A DNA stretch of 64,000 nucleotides from an uncultured Candidatus Saccharibacteria bacterium (GCA_964487615.1 CAZARM010000001.1:32226-96225), one strand, 5' to 3'. Numbered from the stretch's first letter, positions 20,886 through 31,668 are shown. Notes: generated by a model not told the origin, from the letters alone. A program made the numbers and translations.

Positions 20886-21884
20886 TCAGACTAACGGCAT
20901 GGCATGATAGTCGGCTGGTGCTTTCTCCAGCAGCGCCTGCAGTTCAGCTTGGGTCAAGAGACCCTGCTGGGCGCCAATGTACTGCGAAACATTCATGCTA
21001 TTGATTGGCGCCCATGCTAGGGCAGTCTCCAACGGTTGACCTTGCGCTAGAACGGTCGTTAGCGTGGATGCAAAGGCATCACCGGCACCCGTTCGATCAT
21101 AAGGCTGCTTCACGTCAGGATAGATCGGCATGAACAGATTTCTTTGACCATCGGATGCGTAAGCACCTGCCGGACCATCGGTGATAACAACGGTCTTAAC
21201 CCCTAGGTCGTGCATAGCCTGAATCAGTCCAGACACATCACCACGGTCTTTGCCGGTAATAGTTGCTGCCTCCTCGCGGTTAGTCACGACTATCTCTGCA
21301 CGTTGATAGAATGGCGCTAGTTTTTCGGCACCCCAAATCAAATGGTACATCCCGGGCTGGAAAGCCAACCTTATGTCCGGATTAGCAGACAGGTATTCAA
21401 GCATAGCCTGGTGCAACTCCTCTGTTTTCTCCCCTAAGACACCCAAGTACAACCAGTCGGGCTTTTGCGCGGGGGTCTTCCACTCGTAATCATAATCCTC
21501 AAACTTCTGAAGCTTGGTGCGGTCGGCCCCGTAGCGAAGATAAAAGTGATAATTTGACTTCTTACCGGTTTCGACTACTAGACAATCGGTGTTCACAGCT
21601 TGAGACTTGAGGTAGTCGATCATTTCTTGCCCAACGGCGTCATCTCCTAACCAAGCCATCAGGCTGACGTTCAAGCCTAGGCGCGCCATGGACACGGCTG
21701 CATTTGGCGCACATTCCACGGCCTTAACGACGTCTAACTTGTCATAAGGCAGCTTTGCCCCCAGCTCAAAACTCAAACGCTTGTAGCCTTTATCGTCAGT
21801 CGAAACTACTGCATACTCTTCAAATAAAGTGATAAATGCTCCGCTAATGATGTCTCCGACGCATAGTATGTGTGGTTTATTCAC
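20886..21884 (-). CDS. PfkB family carbohydrate kinase
   Basis: N.AV..ARLG, NREEA, DRTGAGDAF. Confidence 0.92.
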   Translation of the reverse strand: MNKPHILCVGDIISGAFITLFEEYAVVSTDDKGYKRLSFELGAKLPYDKLDVVKAVECAPNAAVSMARLGLNVSLMAWLGDDAVGQEMIDYLKSQAVNTDCLVVETGKKSNYHFYLRYGADRTKLQKFEDYDYEWKTPAQKPDWLYLGVLGEKTEELHQAMLEYLSANPDIRLAFQPGMYHLIWGAEKLAPFYQRAEIVVTNREEAATITGKDRGDVSGLIQAMHDLGVKTVVITDGPAGAYASDGQRNLFMPIYPDVKQPYDRTGAGDAFASTLTTVLAQGQPLETALAWAPINSMNVSQYIGAQQGLLTQAELQALLEKAPADYHAMPLV

Positions 21885-22840
21885 AGTTTCTTTTCCTCCA
21901 TCCTCATTTCATGAATCGGGGTATCCTGCTTTAGGATCCCGACTTTGGCGCCTATTACGCTTACCACTGAGGTCGAATTGGCACTAGCAAAGGTAACGGC
22001 CTGCTTGAGCGACTGAGTAACCGCCCAATTAACAACGAACCCCGAACCAAACGCGTCGCCGGCACCAGTTCTATCTATAACTGGTACGTCTTTATAAATT
22101 CCGGCCTGAACATAATTTGTGCCGTCTGTGGCTGCCACGCCCTTTGGCCCATCGGACACTACTACTACTGGTGCCAATTTCGCTAGTGCTTCAACCAGAT
22201 CGTGCAGCGATTCGGCTTTGACAATCATTTGTGATTCTTGCTTGTTGACAATAAGCACTTCGACAAAGGGCAGGAGTGCTTTGATCTTATCGGTGTGCGC
22301 CAGTTCCGCTTTGCCTGGGTTCCAAGCAATCTTGATATTCAAACGCTTAGCATCGGCAAACAATTTCTCGAGGGTCTCCATCGATCCAGCCAGATTTGAC
22401 ATATAAAGCCAGTCGACCTGACCAACACTGGACAAGTCAAACTGAGCCGATTGGTAATGAGTCGATGCACCTCGGTAGGTAAGGATCGTCCGCTCCCCAT
22501 TGGCGGCCAGCAAGATTACCGAATAACCGGTGTTGTACTTTTCTGAATACGACAATTTGGCTTCCACACCTTCACGCTTTAGCTCCTCAGAAACGGCTTG
22601 ACCAGCTGGATCGTGGCCAATGGCACCCATAAAGACACTGTCTTGTCCCTGACGAGCAAATGTTACGGCCGCATTGGTTGCCCCGCCGCCAGTGCTGAAG
22701 TTGATTTGGTCGACGTCTGCCTTGCCGCCCATTTTGAGCTCAGCATAGAAAGAACCGTCTTCTTCTTTCACCGGATCCAGAGCGTCGCTGTGGCTCAAGA
22801 AAACATCCTGGACCGCAGCTCCAATCGACACAAATTTCAT
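21881..22840 (-). CDS. PfkB family carbohydrate kinase
   Basis: GGGATNAA, DRTGAGDAFGSGF. Confidence 0.92.
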   Translation of the reverse strand: MKFVSIGAAVQDVFLSHSDALDPVKEEDGSFYAELKMGGKADVDQINFSTGGGATNAAVTFARQGQDSVFMGAIGHDPAGQAVSEELKREGVEAKLSYSEKYNTGYSVILLAANGERTILTYRGASTHYQSAQFDLSSVGQVDWLYMSNLAGSMETLEKLFADAKRLNIKIAWNPGKAELAHTDKIKALLPFVEVLIVNKQESQMIVKAESLHDLVEALAKLAPVVVVSDGPKGVAATDGTNYVQAGIYKDVPVIDRTGAGDAFGSGFVVNWAVTQSLKQAVTFASANSTSVVSVIGAKVGILKQDTPIHEMRMEEKKL

Positions 22841-22919
22841 ATGTATTTATCCCTCTTGTTTGTATTTACATGATACTTGGTGTTTAGAATATACGCCATC
22901 TGTATATTGAACTGTGTAG

Positions 22920-23954
22920 TTATAGGTCCTGGCTAGTGGAAACAAAATCGTCAGTGTGGACACCCAAGTCAAGTCTACCTTGACGGGCTTGGACTGCTAG
23001 CATCAGTTGATGATCGAAAATAGCCGCAGGGTCACCTTCTTTAGCCGCCCAAGCCTTAAGCACCGGGTCTTGCAAGGCACGCGAATAAGAAAAAGTTACA
23101 CCCCAAGGGTGGTCAGCAGCCTGAGCGATTAAGTTCAAGTTCTTAAAAGCATCGTCTGGTACCTGCCCTCCGCTCAAGAACACAACGCCACCCAACTCTT
23201 TGGGTGCATGTTCATGTAAAACGCGGACTGTCCGATTGGCAACATCTTGATTATCAATTGCTATTCCAGAGTCTTTTCCGGGCAATACCATGCTCGTTTT
23301 TAAAATCGCGCCAGGCAAATGAACACGCATAGCCCGCATGAGTTTGAAAAGCCCGTCTAATGTTCTTTCCAAGGCCTGCTCGCACTGCTCAATTGTATGA
23401 TTGCCTTCGAACAACACTTCAGGCTCGACCATTGGTACGATGCCCGCTTCCTGACAAATTCTAGCGTAACGGCTCAAAACAAAAGCATTGCTCTCTATGC
23501 ATTCTTGGGTTGGTATACCGTCACCTATGGTGATCACCGCTCGCCATTTAGCAAACTTGGCGCCATTTTCTGCGTAGTGCTTGATGCGTTCTGGCAGACT
23601 ATCTAGGCCTTTGGTTAGCTTCTCGCCTTTAAATCCCGGCAAGTCAATCAGCCCTTCGTCAACTTTAATCCCTGGCAGAACACCGATTCCATGCAGATAG
23701 TCAGTAAATGGAACATGATCATCGGTTTGTTGCCAAAATGTTTCATCAAAAAGGATCACGCCACTCAAATTATCGGCGTTGCCTGGTGCCGTTAATAGAA
23801 TCTGGCGGTACTGACGACGGGTTTCAGGGGTACATTCGACCCCGACGGCGTCAAATCGTTTCTGGCAGCTGGCGTTACTTTCGTCTGCAGCCAGAACGCC
23901 ATTACCACTCCCGACTAGTTGTTTAGCAATTGTCTCGAGTGCTTGAGTGTCCAT
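22920..23954 (-). CDS. Fructose-bisphosphate aldolase class I
   Basis: G.LAADES, GIKVD.G, FAKWRAV, VP.VEPEV, FLSGGQ, FSYSRALQ. Confidence 0.95.
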   Translation of the reverse strand: MDTQALETIAKQLVGSGNGVLAADESNASCQKRFDAVGVECTPETRRQYRQILLTAPGNADNLSGVILFDETFWQQTDDHVPFTDYLHGIGVLPGIKVDEGLIDLPGFKGEKLTKGLDSLPERIKHYAENGAKFAKWRAVITIGDGIPTQECIESNAFVLSRYARICQEAGIVPMVEPEVLFEGNHTIEQCEQALERTLDGLFKLMRAMRVHLPGAILKTSMVLPGKDSGIAIDNQDVANRTVRVLHEHAPKELGGVVFLSGGQVPDDAFKNLNLIAQAADHPWGVTFSYSRALQDPVLKAWAAKEGDPAAIFDHQLMLAVQARQGRLDLGVHTDDFVSTSQDL

Positions 23955-24929
23955 TTACTTCTTCGCTTCCATTAGTTCGTGTGCGGCAATGGCTATGTGC
24001 TTAGCAGTCAGTCCAAAGTGCTCTAGCAACTCTTCCGGTTCGCCGGACTCACCAAAGCGATCGCGGATGCCTAAGCGTTTCAGTGGCGCTGGAAATTCTT
24101 CGCCCAGTAGCTCCGCTACTGCGCTACCCAGGCCTCCAGCAATTTGAGCTTCCTCAATGGTAATCACGTGTTTGGTTTTGTGGACTGATTGCAAGATTGT
24201 AGCTCCATCCAGTGGTTTCACGGTTGGGCAGTGTACGACTTCTACGTCAATCCCATCTTTAAATAACATGTCGGCAGCCAGCAGTGCCTGGTATGTGAGC
24301 GGACCGGTGGCGACGATGGTCAGGTCCGCTCCTGTAGCATAAACATAGGCTTTGCCGATTTCAAAAGGAGTCTGTTCAGTCGTAAATATTGCGCTGTCGG
24401 AGCGGGCTAAGCGTAAGTAGCTTGGTCGGTGGTCTTTAGCAAGTGCCAGGGTCGTGCGTTCAGCCTCTAAACTGTCACCCGGGACCACTACAACCATATT
24501 AGGTAGCACTCGCATGAGGGCTATATCCTCCAACATCTGGTGAGTTGCGCCATCCGGACCAACTGAAACCCCGGCGTGTGAACCAACAATCTTGACCGGA
24601 CGGTCATTTAGGCAAATCGTTGTGCGAATCTGCTCCCAGTTACGACCAGGACTAAAGGCGGCGTAAGAGGAGACGAACGGGATCTTGCCCATGGCGGCCA
24701 TACCTGACCCAACAGTCACTAAGTTCTGCTCAGCTACACCAATTTCTACAAAACGATCTGGGAACTCTTTGGCAAACAAACTCATCTGTGTCGAATCGGT
24801 TAAATCAGCGCAGGCAGCCACGACGTCTTCGTTGTCTTTGCCGGCTTGCAGCAAACCACGCCCAAAACCCTTGCGGGTGGCTTCTTGTTCAAGCTTGCCA
24901 TGCACATCGTGCAGATGAAAACTACTCAT
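23955..24929 (-). CDS. Transketolase, C-terminal (pyrimidine-binding) subunit
   Basis: GVAEQN, DGATHQ..ED, GGLGSAVAE; start reassigned to MSSFHLH overlapping the upstream stop. Confidence 0.93.
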   Translation of the reverse strand: MSSFHLHDVHGKLEQEATRKGFGRGLLQAGKDNEDVVAACADLTDSTQMSLFAKEFPDRFVEIGVAEQNLVTVGSGMAAMGKIPFVSSYAAFSPGRNWEQIRTTICLNDRPVKIVGSHAGVSVGPDGATHQMLEDIALMRVLPNMVVVVPGDSLEAERTTLALAKDHRPSYLRLARSDSAIFTTEQTPFEIGKAYVYATGADLTIVATGPLTYQALLAADMLFKDGIDVEVVHCPTVKPLDGATILQSVHKTKHVITIEEAQIAGGLGSAVAELLGEEFPAPLKRLGIRDRFGESGEPEELLEHFGLTAKHIAIAAHELMEAKK

Positions 24930-25767
24930 GTTCACCTCTAATTTTGCCATTAAGGGTGCGAAGTTGATGGAGGGCTTTTTTGGCCTCTTCATGGTTGGGC
25001 GGCGAGCCGTGCCAATGGAAATCATACTCCATGAAATCGACACCCTTGCCGGGGACTGTATGAGCAATAATCATGATCGGCTTTTCTACCACTGCTCGCC
25101 CCATAGCACAGGCATCTATGACAGCTTCGACATTATTGCCATCAATTTCTATGACATGCCAGCCAAAGGCTTCCCACTTTTCTTTTAGGTCATCAAGAGG
25201 CATAACGGTCTCAGTCGGCCCATCAATCTGAATGTTGTTACGGTCGGTAATGGCAATGATGTTATTTAGCTTGTATTTTGAGCAGAGCATGGCGGCTTCC
25301 CAGACATTCCCCTCGTCCTGCTCGCCATCACTCATGACGACATACACCCAACGGTGCTGGTCTTTGTTCATACGCATCGCCAGAGCCATACCGGCCGCCT
25401 GACTTAGCCCGCAGCCTAAGGGGCCACTGGTATTTTCTAGTCCGGGCAATTTCTGGCGCTCTGGATGCCCCTGGAGCCGCGAACCAAACCGCCGCAAAGT
25501 CAAAAGCTCTTTGATATCAAAATACCCGGCCTCAGCCATGCTAGCGTAACGCACCGGCACACAGTGACCGTTGCTTAGCAGCAAAATATCCCGTTGGTCC
25601 CAGTCAGGTTCTTTGGGATTATGTTTCAAAATATCAAAATAAAGCGCGGCGAAGATGTCGGCTAGTCCTAATGGACCGGCACTGTGGCCACTGCCAGCAT
25701 GTTCCAGCATGCGGATAATATCCACCCTGATATTAGTGGCTTTTTGTTCAATTTCTGCTATTTTCAT
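24922..25767 (-). CDS. Transketolase, N-terminal (TPP-binding) subunit
   Basis: GSGH, LSNGH, LQGHP, SDGEQDEG..WEA, HG. Confidence 0.94.
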   Translation of the reverse strand: MKIAEIEQKATNIRVDIIRMLEHAGSGHSAGPLGLADIFAALYFDILKHNPKEPDWDQRDILLLSNGHCVPVRYASMAEAGYFDIKELLTLRRFGSRLQGHPERQKLPGLENTSGPLGCGLSQAAGMALAMRMNKDQHRWVYVVMSDGEQDEGNVWEAAMLCSKYKLNNIIAITDRNNIQIDGPTETVMPLDDLKEKWEAFGWHVIEIDGNNVEAVIDACAMGRAVVEKPIMIIAHTVPGKGVDFMEYDFHWHGSPPNHEEAKKALHQLRTLNGKIRGEHE

Positions 25768-26426
25768 CTGTTTGTATCCACGCTTGCTATCTTATTTAGT
25801 GTAGCATAAGCGGCCTGAGGATCTTCGGCCCGTTCAATGAAGCCACCGGCGTTCAAAACGTCTATTCCGCCATCGATCAGCTTCTGGCAATTTTTATCGT
25901 TGATGCCGCCGTCCCAGCCAATTTCAAGCTCTTTTTTCATTTTTTTCAGCAGTCGCACTTTGTCAAGCAACTTCAGGTCAATCTGACCTCCGAAGTGGCC
26001 CAACTCGCCCGAGAATATCAGCACATGGTCAATGTGCTCTAATGCTGGCCGAATAACGTCCGGCGCCGTGGCCGCCAGCAACGCCACGCCGACCTTGATG
26101 TCTGCCTCATGAAGCTTCTTGGCAAAACTTATAAAACTGCCTTCGGCCTCGGCGTGGATAATGACCAGGGTCGGCTCAAGCTTAACAATGTCGTCTAGGT
26201 ATAGGTCTGGCCTCTCATACATTAAATGTAAGTCGGCCTGTACACTATGAGGCCACCATACTCCACGGATGGCCAGACTTTTAGGCTTGGCGAATAATCC
26301 ATCGGTTAGGTCAATCTGCACGCGTGTCGCAAACGGTGCAATCCGCTCCATCTGCTCTCGAAACTGATGAGCGTTATGGGCTAAAACCGTTGGACATACT
26401 ACGGCCATAATGTCAGAGCTCATCAA
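25764..26426 (-). CDS. rpe: Ribulose-phosphate 3-epimerase
   Basis: ID..DG.F, DLHLM, IIHAE, G.FGG, DGGIN. Confidence 0.88.
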   Translation of the reverse strand: MMSSDIMAVVCPTVLAHNAHQFREQMERIAPFATRVQIDLTDGLFAKPKSLAIRGVWWPHSVQADLHLMYERPDLYLDDIVKLEPTLVIIHAEAEGSFISFAKKLHEADIKVGVALLAATAPDVIRPALEHIDHVLIFSGELGHFGGQIDLKLLDKVRLLKKMKKELEIGWDGGINDKNCQKLIDGGIDVLNAGGFIERAEDPQAAYATLNKIASVDTNR

Positions 26427-26856
26427 TCTGCTTAATACGCCTTTTGAACCTGTCGGCTCCGGCGAATGGCGTTGTCAGCCAGGTGGCAATGATAGCTTCG
26501 GCTTTAGCTTCTTTTAGAACTCTCGCCGGCAAACAAGCCACATTGGAGTCGTCGTCATTACGCGCAGCGCTAGCCGCTTCCCGATCAAACAACAGTGCCG
26601 CACGAATGCCTTTAAATCTATTGGCGGCCATGCACATGCCCTGGCCACTACCACAGATCAAGATCCCACGGGGATCAGGGTCACTACTAGCCAGCATGGC
26701 ATGAGTCAACTTGGCAGCAAAGATTGGGTAATCGTCTTCTGGATCCATCCGCTCATCACCAGTGTCCAGTACGTTGTGGCCTTGGGCTTTTAGGATGCCC
26801 TCCAAACGTTCCTTGAGGTGAAACCCGTTATGGTCAGAACCGATGAAAATGTTCAT
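26413..26856 (-). CDS. rpiB: Ribose-5-phosphate isomerase B
   Basis: GSDHNG, DDYP, CGSGQG...AAN..KGIRAA. Confidence 0.94.
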   Translation of the reverse strand: MNIFIGSDHNGFHLKERLEGILKAQGHNVLDTGDERMDPEDDYPIFAAKLTHAMLASSDPDPRGILICGSGQGMCMAANRFKGIRAALLFDREAASAARNDDDSNVACLPARVLKEAKAEAIIATWLTTPFAGADRFKRRIKQIDEL

Positions 26857-26860
26857 GTGT

Positions 26861-27883
26861 TTACTCGGCTTTTTTATGTATCAACTTGCCTGTATCAGCT
26901 ACCTGCTCAACCAGACGATTCGAGTAGCCCCATTCGTTGTCATACCAGATGACGACTTTTACCAGGTTTCCGGCTACCACATTGGTAAGCTCTAGATCTA
27001 CAATTCCGGAACGACTGTCGCCAATATAGTCACTACTCACAAGTGGTTCATCGGAGACTCCAATAATACCCTGGTAGTACGGCTCTTTTGAGGCTTTTGT
27101 AAGCAGATCGTTTATTTCCTCTTTGGTGCTGTCCTTCTTAAGCAACATGGTCACGTCACTTAAAGACACGACCGGCGTAGGCACCCGAACACTTAGGCCG
27201 TCAAACTTTCCTTTAAGACTCGGCACGGTCAGCGCTACCGCAATTGCTGCTCCAGTAGTGGTAGGCACAATGTTGTGTGCGGCGGCCCGACCTTCTCGGG
27301 GATCTTTAGTCGGGCTATCGGTAAGCGTTTGGCTGGCAGTATCACTATGTACGGTAGTCAGCATGGCCTTTTCGATGCCAAATTCGCGATCCATGATATC
27401 CATAATGGCGGCAATGCTGTTGGTAGTGCAGCTGGCATTGCTAATGATGTTGCCGGCTTTCTCTAACTCTTTGTCATTGGCACCAATTACGATGGTCTCT
27501 ATGTCATCACTTTTGGAGGGTGCGGAAATGACTACTTTTTTGGCACCCGCCTTGAGATGGGCCGAGGCGTCTTCGCTCTTGGTGAAACGCCCGGTCGACT
27601 CGATAACTACATCCACGTCCAGATCTTTCCATGGCAACATACTTGGATCTTTTTCTGCGGAAACGGGAATCGATGTGCCATCAACAATTAGATTCTTTTC
27701 GTCAAATGTCACCTTGTGCTCATATTTTCCATAGTTTGAGTCATGCACTAATAAATAGGCTAATTCCTTGGTATCGGTCAGGTCATTAATGCCGACAATC
27801 TCTAGATCAGTCCGTTCAAAAGCAATCCTAAAGCTGAGTCGGCCAATTCGCCCAAACCCATTTATTGCAACTCGTGTTTTCAT
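26861..27883 (-). CDS. gap: Glyceraldehyde-3-phosphate dehydrogenase type I
   Basis: INGFGRIGR, SNASCTTN, RVPTP, WYDNEWGYS. Confidence 0.97.
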   Translation of the reverse strand: MKTRVAINGFGRIGRLSFRIAFERTDLEIVGINDLTDTKELAYLLVHDSNYGKYEHKVTFDEKNLIVDGTSIPVSAEKDPSMLPWKDLDVDVVIESTGRFTKSEDASAHLKAGAKKVVISAPSKSDDIETIVIGANDKELEKAGNIISNASCTTNSIAAIMDIMDREFGIEKAMLTTVHSDTASQTLTDSPTKDPREGRAAAHNIVPTTTGAAIAVALTVPSLKGKFDGLSVRVPTPVVSLSDVTMLLKKDSTKEEINDLLTKASKEPYYQGIIGVSDEPLVSSDYIGDSRSGIVDLELTNVVAGNLVKVVIWYDNEWGYSNRLVEQVADTGKLIHKKAE

Positions 27884-27962
27884 GTTTTATGCCACCCCAA
27901 ATATTTAGTGAATTTTATCTGTTGTTATTGTATAAGCACTGGCGTTATCTCGCAACCACTTC

Positions 27963-28559
27963 CTAGCGATCGACCTCTTGGCCTTTAAACTCAGGTAAGT
28001 CAAGTAAAGCTTCCAATGAAGTAGCCTTAGCAAAAAGCGACGTAAAGTAACTCATCATAGGGTAGTTGCCAGACAACACTGACGACCTGACTTGATCGAA
28101 GGGCTGGAGCTTGACGCTAATCTTCTCTCCGTCTGGGTCAAACTGTTGCTCAAACAGCTGATCGAACTCAGTAGCAACAAAAATCGGAGTAAACCATTCA
28201 ATCTTTACAGCTGGCTGATCAGATGCAACGTGACGCCACTTTTTGAATGTCATCCCTGTTTCCTCCCGCAACTCTCGCTTGGCTGCATCTAGCCAGTTAT
28301 CGTCTTCTTCGTCCGGCCGACCACCAGGCAAATGTACTTGCATAGGACGTCCGGGCTGTTGATCCTCGACTATGACTACTTTTCCATCTTTTATGGCAAT
28401 GACTTGAACAGTGTCAACACGTTTCATCATCTCAAAAGTTTTAATTGACCCGTTGAACATCTCTTGGGGCCATTGGTAGACGTCAAAGATCTTGCCTTGA
28501 AACGCGAGAGTAGCTTTGTCAGGAATCAAAAACGCATTTTTAGATATAACTTTTTTCAT
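27963..28559 (-). CDS. NUDIX hydrolase
   Basis: Nudix box PGG.......AAKRELREETG. Confidence 0.9.
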   Translation of the reverse strand: MKKVISKNAFLIPDKATLAFQGKIFDVYQWPQEMFNGSIKTFEMMKRVDTVQVIAIKDGKVVIVEDQQPGRPMQVHLPGGRPDEEDDNWLDAAKRELREETGMTFKKWRHVASDQPAVKIEWFTPIFVATEFDQLFEQQFDPDGEKISVKLQPFDQVRSSVLSGNYPMMSYFTSLFAKATSLEALLDLPEFKGQEVDR

Positions 28560-29169
28560 TTTTTTTATTTCCAACGAACCTTACGAGATTAGCTACGCCT
28601 TTGGCATGGTCTTTGTGAGACGTGCCTTGGTCATCTAGAACCGTGGCTTCAAATTTGTGCGTAAAGTCTTTGGTTGATGGGATATCGAAAAAGCGTTTTT
28701 GAATCCCTTTTATGGCTCGGTAGTTAGGTTCGATCTCTGTACCTTCTGACAGTTCCGGGTCATGAATGCTATTGACCAAGAAAGCTAAAGTGCCACCAGG
28801 CTTCAAAATGTCGTAGATTTCATTAAACAACTGCTCGGTACGTTTGAGCGGAAAGTAATGGAGTGACAAGTGGGCGTAGACAATGTCAAAAGTCTCAGGC
28901 TCAAACGGCAGCGGCAAAGACATATCAAGTTGAAGTGCCTCAACAGCAGGGATTGTAGGTAGTTTTGTTAAATCAGTGGCAGTAACTTTGTAGCCCTTTG
29001 ATGCAAACCAAGCACTGTCCTGTGACAAGCCGGCACCTAGTTCCAATAGATGCCCACCGTCAGGAAAAAATTTGACGGCTTCTTGGGCAAACAAAGTCGG
29101 CTGTTTTACCCATGTTTCGTCGGCATAGCCAGATAATTTATTGACCCAATAGTCTTGAACGTTAGACAT
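28540..29169 (-). CDS. Class I SAM-dependent methyltransferase
   Basis: LLELGAG.G-like motif I, FD.VYA..SLHY, LKPGG. Confidence 0.88.
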   Translation of the reverse strand: MSNVQDYWVNKLSGYADETWVKQPTLFAQEAVKFFPDGGHLLELGAGLSQDSAWFASKGYKVTATDLTKLPTIPAVEALQLDMSLPLPFEPETFDIVYAHLSLHYFPLKRTEQLFNEIYDILKPGGTLAFLVNSIHDPELSEGTEIEPNYRAIKGIQKRFFDIPSTKDFTHKFEATVLDDQGTSHKDHAKGVANLVRFVGNKKNEKSYI

Positions 29170-29171
29170 AA

Positions 29172-29699
29172 CTACTTCTTGTAACGTTGTATGCAATCAG
29201 AGATTATTTTTTTGGCTTCCTCAACATCTCCCCATCCTAGTACCTTGGTGCTGCCTGGCTTTTTGAGGTCTTTGTAGTGGTCAAAATGATGTGCGACCAT
29301 CTGCTTCCAAAGATCACCAAGATCTTCGAGCGTATTGAGCCAGTCACCGTCATTGCGGTCATCTGCCGCGCGCACCACAATCTTGTGATCCATATCGCCA
29401 TCATCCTCAAAATTCATCACGCCCAAGATTTTTGCTTCTAACCAGATCCCAGTGGGTAGTGGCTCGTCGCAGACAATCAGGGTATCTAATTCATCACCAT
29501 CGCCATCTAGGGTTTGCGGTATAAAACCATAGCTGACGGGTTTGGGGAAAATACCAGGCTCCACGCGGTCCAGCATAAATGCTGCCCGCTTGCGGTCCCA
29601 TTCAATTTTTAGGATAGAGCCTTCGGGAATTTCCACGACGGTATTGACCAGCCCGTCCGCTACATTGCCGGGAGTTAGAACCTTATTGAAATCAGGCAT
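29172..29699 (-). CDS. ppa: Inorganic pyrophosphatase (family I)
   Basis: VEIP.GS..K.E, YGFIPQT...DGD.LD, D.K, F.HYK. Confidence 0.94.
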   Translation of the reverse strand: MPDFNKVLTPGNVADGLVNTVVEIPEGSILKIEWDRKRAAFMLDRVEPGIFPKPVSYGFIPQTLDGDGDELDTLIVCDEPLPTGIWLEAKILGVMNFEDDGDMDHKIVVRAADDRNDGDWLNTLEDLGDLWKQMVAHHFDHYKDLKKPGSTKVLGWGDVEEAKKIISDCIQRYKK

Positions 29700-29741
29700 T
29701 AGAAATCCTTGTTTAATCAGTAATATTGTACACTATAGCCA

Positions 29742-30443
29742 ATGCGTATCATTGGGCACCGCGGTGCTGCCGGATTAGAGTTGGAAAACACCTTGGCTAG
29801 TCTTCAGCGAGCCAAAGATCTGGGTGTTGACGGTGTTGAGTTTGATGTCCGCCTGACAGCTGATCGCCAACTAGTGCTATGTCACGACGGTGACCTGTCC
29901 CGAACCGCTACAAAGTCAGCCAAAATCGAAGAGATGAATCTAGCAGAATTAAAGCAGATACCGCTCAAAAATGGTGAGCCAATACCAACGCTTGATGAGG
30001 CCTTAGACTGCCTGGGTCAAACCCTGGCAGTAGTCGAAATGAAAGTTAGCGGTTGTGCAGACGAACTGCTGGCAGTTCTGGATAAACATCCTAATACCCC
30101 AGTTATCATTGCCACCTTTCTGCATGAATTCGCGGCCGAGCTGGAAGTAAAACGCCACGGACTAACCGTCTTTTTGGCAGAATACACCCGCCCGACCGAG
30201 ATCATCCATTTTGTGCGTACGGCTAAGGCGGATGGGATTGACCTCAATGCCTGGGTACTCAATCCCTTGACCTATTGGCTTGCCAAGAGGCGAGGCCTAG
30301 ATATCATGGTCTATACCGTCAACCGGCGTTTCATCGGCTGGTTTATCAAAAAGCTCTATCCAGATGTGGCAATCTGCACCAACCACCCCGAACGATTCGT
30401 CAAGTCCGGAAAAGCCACAAATTCAGCATCGACCAGGCGCTAA
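29742..30443 (+). CDS. Glycerophosphodiester phosphodiesterase
   Basis: GHRG, ENT, E.DV..T.D, HD, YTVN. Confidence 0.92.
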   Translation: MRIIGHRGAAGLELENTLASLQRAKDLGVDGVEFDVRLTADRQLVLCHDGDLSRTATKSAKIEEMNLAELKQIPLKNGEPIPTLDEALDCLGQTLAVVEMKVSGCADELLAVLDKHPNTPVIIATFLHEFAAELEVKRHGLTVFLAEYTRPTEIIHFVRTAKADGIDLNAWVLNPLTYWLAKRRGLDIMVYTVNRRFIGWFIKKLYPDVAICTNHPERFVKSGKATNSASTRR

Positions 30444-30912
30444 CGATTGCGGCAACCAAGTATTGGGCTTGGGTCCAGTCACGGTTCAATAAACATAGAA
30501 TCGCGGCCCCCACATTTATAACAACGGCGAAGATGTACCAGCCCATCGGCCGATCAACCAAGCCGTTCCACAAGTAGCCAATTGCCATCACCAGCAACCA
30601 GAACGCTCCCAGGTGTGCAATTAGCCGATAAGCCCATTCGACTTTGATATAGAACACGATGCCAGAGATGGCAATGCCAACAGTAATTGGCACCAGCCAG
30701 GCCAAGAATATATTACGCATCTGTCGAACCTTCAGCGGCATTACCCTGTACATATATCCTAGACCAATCAATGACAGCGTGAACCAAACAGGATTAATGG
30801 TTTTTCGTTGGTGATAATCAGTGGCAATGAAGCCGGCTGTAACTAGTACCGCCCACAGCAAGTAAACCCGGGCGCGAGTTTCTATGAACAAATGCTTACC
30901 AAACGGCGACAT
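30400..30912 (-). CDS. Multi-pass membrane protein
   Basis: About 6 hydrophobic segments from MSPFGKH; upstream extension overlaps the divergent gene so start reassigned. Confidence 0.75.
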   Translation of the reverse strand: MSPFGKHLFIETRARVYLLWAVLVTAGFIATDYHQRKTINPVWFTLSLIGLGYMYRVMPLKVRQMRNIFLAWLVPITVGIAISGIVFYIKVEWAYRLIAHLGAFWLLVMAIGYLWNGLVDRPMGWYIFAVVINVGAAILCLLNRDWTQAQYLVAAIVSAWSMLNLWLFRT

Positions 30913-30939
30913 ATGTTCATAGTATACTATTGAGATATT

Positions 30940-31644
30940 ATGCGCGTAACATTTGATCATTCTAGTCCCACGGCCGACCACATTCGGACCTATTACTTCA
31001 AACCGGAGCGGGAGATGCGCTACACGGCTGGTCAATTTATTGAGCTCACCCTGCCCCATGACAATCCGGACAAGCGCGGGCAGAAACATTGGTTTACCCT
31101 GTCCTCCTCGCCTAGTGAAGAACTGCTTAGTATTACCACTAAATTCGCTACTGACCACATTAGTACCTTCAAGCAAACCTTGGCAGCCCTTAAGCCGGGC
31201 CAAGAGGTCGCCATGAGCGATGCCATGGGTGACTTTGTGCTACCAAAGGATACCTCCCTTCCGCTGGTGTTCATCGCCGGTGGCATTGGCGTTACACCGT
31301 TTCATAGCATGATCCAGTGGCTAATCGATACCCAGGAACACCGGACGATTCAGCTGCTTTACGCCGCCAATGTAGTTGAAGAAGTAGCTTTTAGGGATAT
31401 ATTTGCCAAGTATGGCCTGCCAGTCACCATAATTTTGAGCAAACCACCCGTAAACTGGAAAGGCCAATCCGGCCGTCTGGATGCCAAAAAAATTCTGGAG
31501 CTGGCTCCTGATGTAGACCGCAAGCTGTACTACCTATCAGGTCCCGAACCAATGGTCGAAGCTCTAGTCGAAGGCATGAAGGATGCCGGCGTCGATAAAA
31601 AGCGCTTGGTCGGTGACTACTTCCCCAACTACACGGGCGTATAG
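30940..31644 (+). CDS. FAD/NAD(P)H ferredoxin-NADP reductase-like oxidoreductase
   Basis: Y.AGQF, F.LSSSP, G.F.L, IAGGIGVTPF.SM, YLSGP..MV. Confidence 0.9.
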   Translation: MRVTFDHSSPTADHIRTYYFKPEREMRYTAGQFIELTLPHDNPDKRGQKHWFTLSSSPSEELLSITTKFATDHISTFKQTLAALKPGQEVAMSDAMGDFVLPKDTSLPLVFIAGGIGVTPFHSMIQWLIDTQEHRTIQLLYAANVVEEVAFRDIFAKYGLPVTIILSKPPVNWKGQSGRLDAKKILELAPDVDRKLYYLSGPEPMVEALVEGMKDAGVDKKRLVGDYFPNYTGV

Positions 31645-31668
31645 ATTAAACACTCAACTTGAACTGGT

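Noticed and set aside
30913-31203. N-terminal extension of the 267-aa minus ORF
   Set aside because: It overlaps the divergent oxidoreductase gene; the real start is probably 30912.
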